In this document: positions 1-12,900 of the stretch, in pieces
How the letters are laid out: each line of letters starts with the position of its first letter
Numbering within the stretch: position 1 is the first letter of the stretch
Source: the human T2T-CHM13v2.0 reference genome, Homo sapiens
Length of the DNA: 64,000 nt
Direction: 5' to 3' (one strand)
NCBI RefSeq assembly: GCF_009914755.1
Contig: NC_060935.1
Made by a program: the position numbers and the translations under genes
The notes under the pieces: generated by a model
Database searches by the model: none
Told to the model about the DNA's origin: nothing
The model's input: only the letters and a program-made list of their open reading frames with translations

Positions 1-278
1 CTTAGTGATCATTGCATTGAACTAACAGAGCTGAACATTCCTTTAGATGGCGCAGTTTCCAAACACACTTTCTGTAGAATCTGCAAGTGGATATTTGGAC
101 CTCTCTGAGGATTTCGTTGGAAATGGGATAAACTTCCCAGAACTACACGGAAGCATGCTGAGAAACTTCTTTGTGATGTTTGCATTCAACTCACAGAGTT
201 GAACCTTGCTTTCATAGTTCAGCTTTCAAACACTCTTTTTGTAGAATCTGCAAGTGGATATTTGGACCACTTTGTGGC

Positions 279-295
279 CTTCCTTCGAAACGGGT
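279..295 (+). other. Degenerate CENP-B box (HOR offset 279-295), predicted non-binding
   Basis: CTTCCTTCGAAACGGGT lies at the homologous box position. The CGGG half is intact, but TTCG has become TTCC in every copy inspected. Confidence 0.8.
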
Positions 296-449
296 ATATC
301 TTCACATCAAACCTAGACAGAAGCATTCTCAGAATGTTTCCTGTGATGACTGCATTCAACTCACAGAGGTGAACAATCCTGCTGATGGAGCAATTTTGAA
401 ACTCTCTTTCTTTGGATTCTGCAAGTGGATATGTGGACCTCTGTGAAGA

Positions 450-466
450 TTTCGTTGGAAACGGGT
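450..466 (+). other. CENP-B box 2 (HOR offset 450-466), representative intact copy
   Basis: TTTCGTTGGAAACGGGT retains all nine essential positions. By eye 72 of 75 copies are intact. Confidence 0.93.
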
Positions 467-581
467 TCATCTTCACAGAAAAACTAAACAGAAGCATTCT
501 CAGAAACTGCTTTGTGATGTTTGTGTTCCACTTCAGGAATTGAACTTTCCTCTTGACAGAGCAGCTCTGAAACCCTCTTAT

Positions 582-587
582 TCTAGA
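582..587. other. Diagnostic XbaI site (TCTAGA), once per HOR
   Basis: TCTAGA sits at offset 582 of nearly every unit. It is lost at 43927 and 55827 (TCTATA). An extra site occurs at offset 752 in some units, e.g. 2452. Confidence 0.9.
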
Positions 588-620
588 ATCTGCAAGTGGA
601 CATTTGGAGGGGTTTGAGGC

Positions 621-637
621 CTGTGGTGGAAAAGGAA
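621..637 (+). other. A-type (pJalpha-like) box position of an A monomer; a second, more diverged one is at 791-807
   Basis: CTGTGGTGGAAAAGGAA and CTACTGTAGTAAAGGAA occupy the position homologous to the CENP-B box. This gives a B-B*-B-A-A order, as expected for SF3 pentamers. Confidence 0.7.
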
Positions 638-961
638 AATCTTCACATAAAAACTAGATGGAAGCATTCTCAGAAACTACTTTGTGATGATTGCATTCGA
701 CTCACAGAGTTGAACATTCCTATAGATAGAGCAGGTTGTAAACAATCTTTTTGTAGAATCTGCGATTGGAGATTTGGACTGCTTTGAGGCCTACTGTAGT
801 AAAGGAAATAACTTCATCTAAAAACCAAACGGAAGCATTCACAGACAATTCTTAGTGATCATTGCATTGAACTAACAGAGCTGAACATTCCTTTAGATGG
901 AGCAGTTTCCAAACACACTTTCTGTAGAACCTGCAAGTGGATATTTGGACCTCTCTGAGGA

Positions 962-978
962 TTTCGTTGGAAACGGGA
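962..978 (+). other. CENP-B box 1 (HOR offset 112-128), representative intact copy
   Basis: TTTCGTTGGAAACGGGA matches the 17-bp CENP-B box, including all nine essential positions (nTTCGnnnnAnnCGGGn). It recurs every 850 bp; by eye 65 of 76 copies are intact. Confidence 0.95.
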
Positions 979-3900
979 TAAACTTCCCAGAGCTACACGG
1001 AAGCATTGTGAGAAACTTCTTTGTGATGTTTGCATTCAACTCACAGAGTTGAACCTTGCTTTCATAGTTCAGCTTTCAAACACTCTTTTTGTAGAATCTG
1101 CAAGTGGATATTTGGACCACTTTGTGGCCTTCCTTCGAAACGGGTATATCTTCACATCAAACCTAGACAGAAGCATTCTCAGAATGTTTCCTGTGATGAC
1201 TGCATTCAACTCACAGAGGTGAACAATTCTGCTGATGGAGCAGTTTTGAAACTCTCTTTCTTTGGATTCTGCAAGTGGATATGTGGACCTCTATGAAGAT
1301 TTCGTTGGAAACGGGTTCATCTTCACAGAAAAACTAAACAGAAACATTCTCACAAACTGCTTTGTGATGTTTGTGTTCCACTTCAGGAATTGAACTTTCC
1401 TCTTGACAGAGCAGCTCTGAAACCCTCTTTTTCTAGAATCTGCAAGTGGACATTTGGAGGGCTTTGAGGCCTGTGGTGGAAAAGGAAAATCTTCACATAA
1501 AAACTAGATGGAAGCATTCTCAGAAACTACTTTGTGATGATTGCATTCGACTCACAGAGTTGAACATTCCTATAGATAGAGCAGGTTGTAAACAATCTTT
1601 TTGTAGAATCTGCGATTGGAGATTTGGACTGCTTTGAGGCCTACTGTAGTAAAGGAAATAACTTCATCTAAAAACCAAACGGAAGCATTCACAGACAATT
1701 CTTAGTGATCATTGGATTGAACTAACAGAGTTGAACATTCCTTTAGATGGCGCAGTCTCCAAACACACTTTCTGTAGAATCTGCAAGTGGATATTTGGAC
1801 TTCTCTGAGGATTTCGTTGGAAACGGGATAAACTTCCCAGAACTACACGGAAGCATTGTGAGAAACTTCTTTGTGATGTTTGCATTCAACTCACAGAGTT
1901 GAACCTTGCTTTCATAGTTCAGCTTTCAAACCCTCTTTTTGTAGAATCTGCAAGTGGATATTTGAGCCACTTTGTGGCCTTCCTTCGAAACGGGTATATC
2001 TTCACATCAAACCTAGACAGAAGCATTCTCAGAATGTTTCCTGTGATGACTGCATTCAACTCACAGAGGTGAACAATCCTGCTGATGGAGCAGTTTTGAA
2101 ACTCTCTTTCTTTGGATTCTGCAAGTGGATATGTGGACCTCTGTGAAGATTTCGTTGGAAACGGGTTCATCTTCACAGAAAAACTAAACAGGAGCATTCT
2201 CAGAAACTGCTTTGTGATGTTTGTGTTCCACTTCAAGAATTGAACTTTCCTCTTGACAGAGCAGCTCTGAAACCCTATTTTTCTAGAATCTGCAAGTGGA
2301 CATTTGGAGGGCTTTGAGGCCTGTGGTGGAAAAGGAAAATCTTCACATAAAAACTAGATGGAAGCATTCTCAGAAACTACTTTGTGATGATTGCATTCGA
2401 CTCACAGAGTTGAACATTCCTATAGATAGAGCAGGTTGTAAACAATCTTTTTCTAGAATCTGCGATTGGAGATTTGGACAGCTTTGAGGCCTACTGTAGT
2501 AAAGGAAATAACTTCATCTAAAAACCAAACGGAAGCATTCACAGACAATTCTTAGTGATCATTGCATTGAACTAACAGAGCTGAACATTCCTTTAGATGG
2601 AGCAGTTTCCAAACCCACTTTCTGTAGAATCTGCAAGTGGATATTTGGACTTCTCTGAGGATTTCGTTGGAAACGGGATAAACTTCCCAGAACTACAGGG
2701 AAGCATTGTGAGAAACTTCTTTGTGATGTTTGCATTCAACTCACAGAGTTGAACCTTGCTTTCATAGTTCAGCTTTCAAACACTCTTTTTGTAGAATCTG
2801 CAAGTGGATATTTGGACCACTTTGTGGCCTTCCTTCGAAACGGGTATATCTTCACATCAAACCTAGACAGAAGCATTCTCAGAATGTTTCCTGTGAAGAC
2901 TGCATTCAACTCACAGAGATGAACAATCCTGTTGATGGAGCACTTTGGAAACTCTCTTTCTTGGGATTCTGCAAGTTGATATGTGGACCTCTGTGAAGAT
3001 TTCGTTGGAAACGGGTTCATCTTCACAGAAAAACTAAACAGAAGCATTCTCAAAAACTACTTTGTGATGTTTGTGTTCCACTTCAAGAATTGAACTTTCC
3101 TCTTGACAGAGCAGCTCTGAAAACCTCTTTTTCTAGAATCTGCAAGTGGACATTTGGAGGGCTTTGAGGCCTGTGGTGGAAAAGGAAAATCTTCACATAA
3201 AAACTAGATGGAAGCATTCTCAGAAACTACTTTGTGATGATTGCATTCGACTCACAGAGTTGAACATTCCTATAGATAGAGCAGGTTGTAAACAATCTTT
3301 TTGTAGAAAATGCGATTGGAGATTTGGACTGCTTTGAGGCCTACTGTAGTAAAGGAAATAACTTCATCTAAAAACCAAACGGAAGCATTCACACACAATT
3401 CTTAGTGATCATTGGATTGAACTAACAGAGCTGAACATTCCTTTAGATGGAGCAGTTTCCAAACCCACTTTCTGTAGAATCTGCAAGTGGATATTTGGAC
3501 TTCTCTGAGGATTTCGTTGGAAACGGGATAAACTTCCCAGAACTACACGGAAGCATTGTGAGAAACTTCTTTGTGATGTTTGCATTCAACTCACAGAGTT
3601 GAACCTTGCATTCATAGTTCAGCTTTCAAACACTCTTTTTGTAGAATCTGCAAGTGGATATTTGGACCACTTTGTGGCCTTCCTTCGAAACGGGTATATC
3701 TTCACATCAAACCTAGACAGAAGCATTCTCAGAATGTTTCCTGTGATGACTGCATTCAACTCACAGAGGTGAACAATCCTGCTGATGGAGCAGTTTTGAA
3801 ACTCTCTTTCTTTGGATTCTACAAGTGGATATGTGGACCTCTGTGAAGATTTCGTTGGAAACGGGTTCATCTTCACAGAAAAACTAAACAGAAGCATTCT

Positions 3901-6900
3901 CAGAAACTGCTTTTTGATGTTTGTGTTCCACCTCAGGAATTGAACTTTCCTCTTGACAGAGCAGCTCTGAAACCCTCTTATTCTAGAATCTGCAAGTGGA
4001 CATTTGGAGGGCTTTGAGGCCTGTGGTGGAAAAGGAAAATCTTCACATAAAAACTAGATGGAAGCATTCTCAGAAACTACTTTGTGATGATGGCTTTCGA
4101 CTCACAGAGTTGAACATTCCTATAGATAGAGCAGGTTGTAAACAATCTTTTTGTAGAATCTGCGATTGGAGATTTGGACTGCTTTGAGGCCTACTGTACT
4201 AAAGGAAATAACTTCATCTAAAAACCAAACGGAAGCATTCACAGACAATACTTAGTGATCATTGGATTGAACTAACAGAGCTGAACATTCCTTTAGATGG
4301 AGCAGTTTCCAAACACACTTTCTGTAGAATCTGCAAGTGGATATTTGGACTTCTCTGAGGATTTCGTTGGAAACGGGATAAAATTCCCAGAACTACACGG
4401 AAGCATTCTGAGAAACTTCTTTGTAATGTTTGCATTCAACTCACAGAGTTGAACCTTGCTTTCATAGTTCAGCTTTCAAACACTCTTTTTGTACAATCTG
4501 CAAGTGGATATTTGGACCACTTTGTGGCCTTCCTTCGAAACGGGTATATCTTCATATCAAACCTAGACAGAAGCATTCTCAGAATGTTTCCTGTGATGAC
4601 TGCATTCAACTCACAGAGGTGAACAATCCTGCTGATGGAGCAGTTTTGAAACTCTCTTTCTTTGGATTCTGCAAGTGGATATGTGGACGTCTGTGAAGAT
4701 TTCGTTGGAAACGGGTTCATCTTCACAGAAAAACTAAACAGGAGCATTCTCAGAAAGTGCTTTGTGATGTTTGTGTTCCACTTCAGGAATTGAACTTTCC
4801 TCTTGACAGAGCAGCTCTGAAACCCTCTTTTTCTAGAATCTGCAAGTGGACATTTGGAGGGCTTTGAGGCCTGTGGTGGAAAAGGAAAATCTTCACATAA
4901 AAACTAGATGGAAGCATTCTCAGAAACTACTTTGTGATGATTGCATTCGACTCACAGAGTTGAACATTCCTATAGATAGAGCAGGTTGTAAACAATCTTT
5001 TTGTAGAATCTGCGATTGGAGATTTGGACTGCTTTGAGGCCTACTGTAGTAGAGGAAATAACTTCATCTAAAAACCAAACGGAAACATTCACAGACAATT
5101 CTTAGTGATCATTGCATTGAACTAACAGAGCTGAACATTCCTTTAGATGGAGCAGTTTCCAAACACACTTTCTGTAGAATCTGCAAGTGGATATTTGGAC
5201 TTCTCTGAGGATTTCGTTGGAAACGGGATAAACTTCCCAGAACTACACGGAAGCATTCTGAGAAACTTCTTTGTGATGTTTGCATTCAACTCACAGAGTT
5301 GAACCTTGCTTTCATAGTTCAGCTTTCAAACACTCTTTTTGTAGAATCTGCAAGTGGATATTTGGACCACTTTGTGGCCTTCCTTCGAAACGGGTATATC
5401 TTCACATCAAACCTAGACAGAAGCATTCTCAGAATGTTTCCTGTGATGACTGCATTCAACTCACAGAGGTGAACAATCCTGTTGATGGAGCAGTTTTGAA
5501 ACTCTCTTTCTTTGGATTCTGCAAGTTGATATGTGGACCTCTGTGAAGATTTCGTTGGAAACGGGTTCATCTTCACAGAAAAACTAAACAGAATCATTCT
5601 CAGAAACTGCTTTGTGATGTTTGTGTTCCACTTCAAGAATTGAACTTTCCTCTTGACAGAGCAGCTCTGAAACCCTCTTTTTCTAGAATCTGCAAGTGGA
5701 CATTTGGAGGGCTTTGAGGTCTGTGGTGGAAAAGGAAAATCTTCACATAAAAACTAGATGGAAGCATTCTCAGAAACTACTTTGTGATGATTGCATTCGA
5801 CTCACAGAGTTGAACATTCCTATAGATAGAGCAGGTTGTAAACAATCTTTTTGTAGAATCTGCGATTGGAGATTTGGACTGCTTTGAGGCCTACTGTAGT
5901 AAAGGAAATAACTTCATCTAAAAACCAAACGGAAGCATTCACAGACAATTCTTAGTGATCATTGCATTGAACTAACAGAGCTGAACATTCCTTTAGATGG
6001 AGCAGTTTCCAAACACACTTTCTGTAGAATCTGCAAGTGGATATTTGGACTTCTCTGAGGATTTCGTTGGAAACGGGATAAACTTCCCAGAACTACACGG
6101 AAGCATTGTGAGAAACTTCTTTGTGATGTTTGCATTCATCTCACAGAGTTGAACCTTGCTTTCATAGTTCAGCTTTCAAACACTCTTTTTGTAGAATCTG
6201 CAAGTGCATATTTGGACCACTTTGTGGCCTTCCTTCGAAACGGGTATATCTTCACATCAAACCTAGACAGAAGCATTCTCAGAATGTTTCCTGTGAAGAC
6301 TGCATTCAACTCACAGAGATGAACAATCCTGTTGATGGAGCACTTTGGAAACTCTCTTTCTTGGGATTCTGCAAGTTGATATGTGGACCTCTGTGAAGAT
6401 TTCTTTGGAAACGTGTTCATCTTCACAGAAAAACTAAACAGAAGCATTCTCAAAAACTACTTTGTGATGTTTGTGTTCCACTTCAAGAATTGAACTTTCC
6501 TCTTGACAGAGCAGCTCTGAAAACCTCTTTTTCTAGAATCTGCAAGTGGACATTTGGAGGGCTTTGAGGTGGTGGAAAAGGAAAATCTTCACATAAAAAC
6601 TAGATGGAAGCATTCTCAGAAACTACTTTGTGATGATTGCATTCGACTCACAGAGTTGAACATTCCTATAGATAGAGCAGGTTGTAAACAATCTTTTTGT
6701 AGAATCTGCGATTGGAGATTTGGACTGCTTTGAGGCCTACTGTAGTAGAGGAAATAACTTCATCTAAAAACCAAACGGAAGCATTCACAGACAATTCTTA
6801 GTGATCATTGCATTGAACTAACAGAGCTGAACATTCCTTTAGATGGCGCAGTTTCCAAACACACTTTCTGTAGAATCTGCAAGTGGATATTTGGACCTCT

Positions 6901-9900
6901 CTGAGGATTTCGTTAGAAACGGGATAAACTTCCCAGAACTACACGGAAGCATGCTGAGAAACTTCTTTGTGATGTTTGCATTCAACTCACAGAGTTGAAC
7001 CTTGCTTTCATAGTTCAGCTTTCAAACACTCTTTTTGTAGAATCTGCAAGTGGATATTTGGACCACTTTGTGGCCTTCCTTCGAAACGGGTATATCTTCA
7101 CATCAAACCTAGACAGAAGCATTCTCAGAATGTTTCCTGTGATGACTGCATTCAACTCACAGAGGTGAACAATCCTGCTGATGGAGCAATTTTGAAACTC
7201 TCTTTCTTTGGATTCTGCAAGTGGATATGTGGACCTCTGTGAAGATTTCGTTGGAAACGGGTTCATCTTCACAGAAAAACTAAACAGAAGCATTCTCAGA
7301 AACTGCTTTGGGATGTTTGTGTTCCACTTCAGGAATTGAACTTTCCTCTTGACAGAGCAGCTCTGAAACCCTCTTATTCTAGAATCTGCAAGTGGACATT
7401 TGGAGGGCTTTGAGGCCTGTGGTGGAAAAGGAAAATCTTCACATAAAAACTAGATGGAAGCATTCTCAGAAACTACTTTGTGATGATTGCATTCGACTCA
7501 CAGAGTTGAACATTCCTATAGATAGAGCAGGTTGTAAACAATCTTTTTGTAGAATCTGCGATTGGAGATTTGGACTGCTTTGAGTCCTACTGTAGTAAAG
7601 GAAATAACTTCATCTAAAAACCAAACGGAAGCATTCACAGACAATTCTTAGTGATCATTGCATTGAACTAACAGAGCTGAACATTCCTTTAGATGGAGCA
7701 GTTTCCAAACACACTTTCTGTAGAACCTGCAAGTGGATATTTGGACCTCTCTGAGGATTTCGTTGGAAACGGGATAAACTTCCCAGAACTACACGGAAGC
7801 ATGCTGAGAAACTTCTTTGTGATGTTTGCATTCAACTCACAGAGTTGAACCTTGCTTTCATAGTTCAGCTTTCAAACACTCTTTTTGTAGAATCTGCAAG
7901 TGGATATTTGGACCACTTTGTGGCCTTCCTTCGAAACGGCTATATCTTCACATCAAACCTAGACAGAAGCATTCTCAGAATGTTTCCTGTGATGACTGCA
8001 TTCAACTCACAGAGGTGAACAATCCTGCTGATGGAGCAGTTTTGAAACTCTCTTTCTTTGGATTCTGCAAGTGGATATGTGGACCTCTGTGAAGATTTCG
8101 TTGGAAACGGGTTCATCTTCACAGAAAAACTAAACAGAAACATTCTCACAAACTGCTTTGTGATGTTTGTGTTCCACTTCAGGAATTGAACTTTCCTCTT
8201 GACAGAGCAGCTCTGAAACCCTCTTATTCTAGAATCTGCAAGTGGACATTTGGAGGGCTTTGAGGCCTGTAGTGGAAAAGGAAAATCTTCACATAAAAAC
8301 TAGATGGAAGCATTCTCAGAAACTACTTTGTGATGATTGCATTCGACTCACAGATTTGAACATTCCTATAGATAGAGCAGGTTGTAAACAATCTTTTTGT
8401 AGAATCTGCGATTGGAGATTTGGACTGCTTTGAGGCCTACTGTAGTAAAGGAAATAACTTCATCTAAAAACCAAACGGAAGCATTCACAGACAATTCTTA
8501 GTGATCATTGCATTGAACTAACAGAGCTGAACATTCCTTTAGATGGCGCAGTTTCCAAACACACTTTCTGTAGAATCTGCAAGTGGATATTTGGACTTCT
8601 CTGAGGATTTCGTTGGAAACGGGATAAACTTCCCAGAACTACACGGAAGCATTGTGAGAAACTTCTTTGTGATGTTTGCATTCAACTCACAGAGTTGAAA
8701 CTTGCTTTCATAGTTCAGCTTTCAAACACTCTTTTTGTAGAATCTGCAAGTGGATATTTGGACCACTTTTTGGGCTTCCTTCGAAACGGGTATATCTTCA
8801 CATCAAACCTAGACAGAAACATTCTCAGAATGTTTCCTGTGATGACTGCATTCAACTCACAGAGGTGAACAATCCTGCTGATGGAGCAGTTTTGAAACTC
8901 TCTTTCTTTGGATTCTGCAAGTGGATATGTGGACCTCTGTGAAGATTTAGTTGGAAACGTGTTCATCTTCACAGAAAAACTAAACAGGAGCATTCTCAGA
9001 AACTGCTTTGTGATGTTTGTGTTCCACTTCAAGAATTGAACTTTCCTCTTGACAGAGCAGCTCTGAAACCCTATTTTTCTAGAATATGCAAGTGGACATT
9101 TGGAGGGCTTTGAGGCCTGTGGTGGAAAAGGAAAATCTTCACATAAAAACTAGATGGAAGCATTCTCAGAAACTACTTTGTGATGATTGCATTCGACGCA
9201 CAGAGTTGAACATTCCTATAGATAGAGCAGGTTGTAAACAATCTTTTTGTAGAATCTGCGATTGGAGATTTGGACTGCTTTGAGGCCTACTGTAGTAAAG
9301 GAAATAACTTCATCTAAAAACCAAACGGAAGCATTCACAGACAATTCTTAGTGATCATTGCATTGAACTAACAGAGCTGAACATTCCTTTAGATGGAGCA
9401 GTTTCCAAACCCACTTTCTGTAGAATCTGCAAGTGGATATTTGGACCTCTCTGAGGATTTCGTTGGAAACGGGATAAAATTCCCAGAACTACACGGAAGC
9501 ATTCTGAGAAACTTCTTTGTAATGTTTGCATTCAACTCACAGAGTTGAACCTTGCTTTCATAGTTCAGCTTTCAAACACTCTTTTTGTACAATCTGCAAG
9601 TGGATATTTGGACCACTTTGTGGCCTTCCTTCGAAACGGGTATATCTTCATATCAAACCTAGACAGAAGCATTCTCAGAATGTTTCCTGTGATGACTGCA
9701 TTCAACTCACAGAGGTGAACAATCCTGCTGATGGAGCAGTTTTGAAACTCTCTTTCTTTGGATTCTGCAAGTGGATATGTGGACCTCTGTGAAGATTTCG
9801 TTGGAAACGGGTTCATCTTCACAGAGAAACTAAACAGGAGCATTCTCAGAAAGTGCTTTGTGATGTTTGTGTTCCACTTCAGGAATTGAACTTTCCTCTT

Positions 9901-12900
9901 GACAGAGCAGCTCTGAAACCCTCTTTTTCTAGAATCTGCAAGTGGACATTTGGAGGGCTTTGAGGCCTGTGGTGGAAAAGGAAAATCTTCACATAAAAAC
10001 TAGATGGAAGCATTCTCAGAAACTACTTTGTGATGATTGCATTCGACTCACAGAGTTGAACATTCCTATAGATAGAGCAGGTTGTAAACAATCTTTTTGT
10101 AGAATCTGCGATTGGAGATTTGGACTGCTTTGAGGCCTACTGTAGTAGAGGAAATAACTTCATCTAAAAACCAAACGGAAGCATTCACAGACAATTCTTA
10201 GTGATCATTGCATTGAACTAACAGAGCTGAACATTCCTTTAGATGGAGCAGTTTCCAAACACACTTTCTGTAGAATCTGCAAGTGGATATTTGGACTTCT
10301 CAGAGGATTTCGTTAGAAACGGGATAAACTTCCCAGAACTACACGGAAGCATTCTGAGAAACTTCTTTGTGATGTTTGCATTCAACTCACAGAGTTGAAC
10401 CTTGCTTTCATAGTTCAGCTTTCAAACACTCTTTTTGTAGAATCTGCAAGTGGATATTTGGACCACTTTGTGGCCTTCCTTCGAAACGGGTATATCTTCA
10501 CATCAAACCTAGACAGAAGCATTCTCAGAATGTTTCCTGTGATGACTGCATTCAACTCACAGAGGTGAACAATCCTGTTGATGGAGCAGTTTTGAAACTC
10601 TCTTTCTTTGGATTCTGCAAGTTGATATGTGGACCTCTGTGAAGATTTCGTTGGAAACGGGTTCATCTTCACAGAAAAACTAAACAGAATCATTCTCAGA
10701 AACTGCTTTGTGATGTTTGTGTTCCACTTCAAGAATTGAACTTTCCTCTTGACAGAGCAGCTCTGAAACCCTCTTTTTCTAGAATCTGCAAGTGGACATT
10801 TGGAGGGCTTTGAGGTCTGTGGTGGAAAAGGAAAATCTTCACATAAAAACTAGATGGAAGCATTCTCAGAAACTACTTTGTGATGATTGCATTCGACTCA
10901 CAGAGTTGAACATTCCTATAGATAGAGCAGGTTGTAAACAATCTTTTTGTAGAATCTGCGATTGGAGATTTGGACTGCTTTGAGGCCTACTGTAGTAAAG
11001 GAAATAACTTCATCTAAAAACCAAACGGAAGCATTCACAGACAATTCTTAGTGATCATTGCATTGAACTAACAGAGCTGAACATTCCTTTAGATGGAGCA
11101 GTTTCCAAACACACTTTCTGTAGAACCTGCAAGTGGATATTTGGGCCTCTCTGAGGATTTCGTTGGAAACGGGATAAACTTCCCAGAACTACACGGAAGC
11201 ATTGTGAGAAACTTCTTTGTGATGTTTGCATTCAACTCACAGAGTTGAACCTTGCTTTCATAGTTCAGCTTTCAAACACTCTTTTTGTAGAATCTGCAAG
11301 TGGATATTTGGACCACTTTGTGGCCTTCCTTCGAAACGGGTATATCTTCACATCAAACCTAGACAGAAGCATTCTCAGAATGTTTCCTGTGATGACTGCA
11401 TTCAACTCACAGAGGTGAACAATCCTGCTGATGGAGCAGTTTTGAAACTCTCTTTCTTTGGATTCTGCAAGTGGATATGTGGACCTCTGTGAAGATTTCG
11501 TTGGAAACGGGTTCATCTTCACAGAAAAACTAAACAGAAACATTCTCACAAACTGCTTTGTGATGTTTGTGTTCCACTTCAGGAATTGAACTTTCCTCTT
11601 GACAGAGCAGCTCTGAAACCCTCTTATTCTAGAATCTGCAAGTGGACATTTGGAGGGCTTTGAGGCCTCTAGTGGAAAAGGAAAATCTTCACATAAAAAC
11701 TAGATGGAAGCATTCTCAGAAACTACTTTGTGATGATTGCATTCGACTCACAGAGTTGAACATTCCTATAGATAGAGCAGGTTGTAAACAAACTTTTTGT
11801 AGAATCTGCGATTGGAGATTTGGACTGCTTTGAGGCCTACTGTAGTAAAGGAAATAACTTCATCTAAAAACCAAACGGAAGCATTCACAGACAATTCTTA
11901 GTGATCATTGGATTGAACTAACAGAGCTGAACATTCCTTTAGATGGCGCAGTTTCCAAACACACTTTCTGTAGAATCTGCAAGTGGATATTTGGACTTCT
12001 CTGAGGATTTCGTTGGAAACGGGATAAACTTCCCAGAACTACACGGAAGCATTGTGAGAAACTTCTTTGTGATGTTTGCATTCAACTCACAGAGTTGAAC
12101 CTTGCTTTCATAGTTCAGCTTTCAAACACTCTTTTTGTAGAATCTGCAAGTCGATATTTTGACCACTTTTTGGGCTTCCTTCGAAACGGGTATATCTTCA
12201 CATCAAACCTAGACAGAAACATTCTCAGAATGTTTCCTGTGATGACTGCATTCAACTCACAGAGGTGAACAATCCTGCTGATGGAGCAGTTTTGAAACTC
12301 TCTTTCTTTGGATTCTGCAAGTGGATATGTGGACCTCTGTGAAGATTTCGTTGGAAACGGGTTCATCTTCACAGAAAAACTAAACAGGAGCATTCTCAGA
12401 AACTGCTTTGTGATGTTTGTGTTCCACTTCAAGAATTGAACTTTCCTCTTGACAGAGCAGCTCTGAAACCCTCTTTTTCTAGAATCTGCAAGTGGACATT
12501 TGGAGGGCTTTGAGGCCTGTGGTGGAAAAGGAAAATCTTCACATAAAAACTAGATGGAAGCATTCTCAGAAACTACTTTGTGATGATTGCATTCGACTCA
12601 CAGAGTTGAACATTCCTATAGATAGAGCAGGTTGTAAACAATCTTTTGGTAGAATCTGCGATTGGAGATTTGGACTGCTTTGAGGCCTACTGTAGTAAAG
12701 GAAATAACTTCATCTAAAAACCAAACGGAAGCATTCACAGACAATTCTTAGTGATCATTGCATTGAACTAACAGAGCTGAACATTCCTTTAGATGGCGCA
12801 GTTTCCAAACACACTTTCTGTAGAATCTGCAAGTGGATATTTGGACCTCTCTGAGGATTTCGTTGGAAACGGGATAAACTTCCCAGAACTACACGGAAGC

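Larger units (their letters stand above)
154..1003 (+). repeat. One HOR unit resolved into five diverged monomers (starts 154, 324, 495, 665, 836; lengths 170, 171, 170, 171, 168)
   Basis: The homologous 'gaag-cat' junction recurs at 154, 324, 495, 665, 836 and 1004. Monomers within the HOR differ visibly from each other, while HOR copies differ by only a few SNVs. Confidence 0.9.

Noticed and set aside
718-732. TATA-like 'cctatagataga' and short palindromes (TTCGAA, AGGCCT, TGATCA) as promoter or hairpin elements
   Set aside because: They are short, expected by chance in AT-rich satellite, and part of the HOR consensus. Nothing in the sequence supports a regulatory role.
1-850. Assignment to other SF3 arrays (DXZ1 12-mer, D17Z1 16-mer, chr1 11-mer)
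   Set aside because: The fundamental period is 5 monomers (850 bp) with near-identical adjacent copies, not ~1.9-2.7 kb.
6908-6924. TTTCGTTAGAAACGGG variant boxes (units 9 and 13; box 2 of unit 28) as inactivated CENP-B boxes
   Set aside because: The G>A change is at a non-essential position and all nine core bases are retained, so these were counted as intact.
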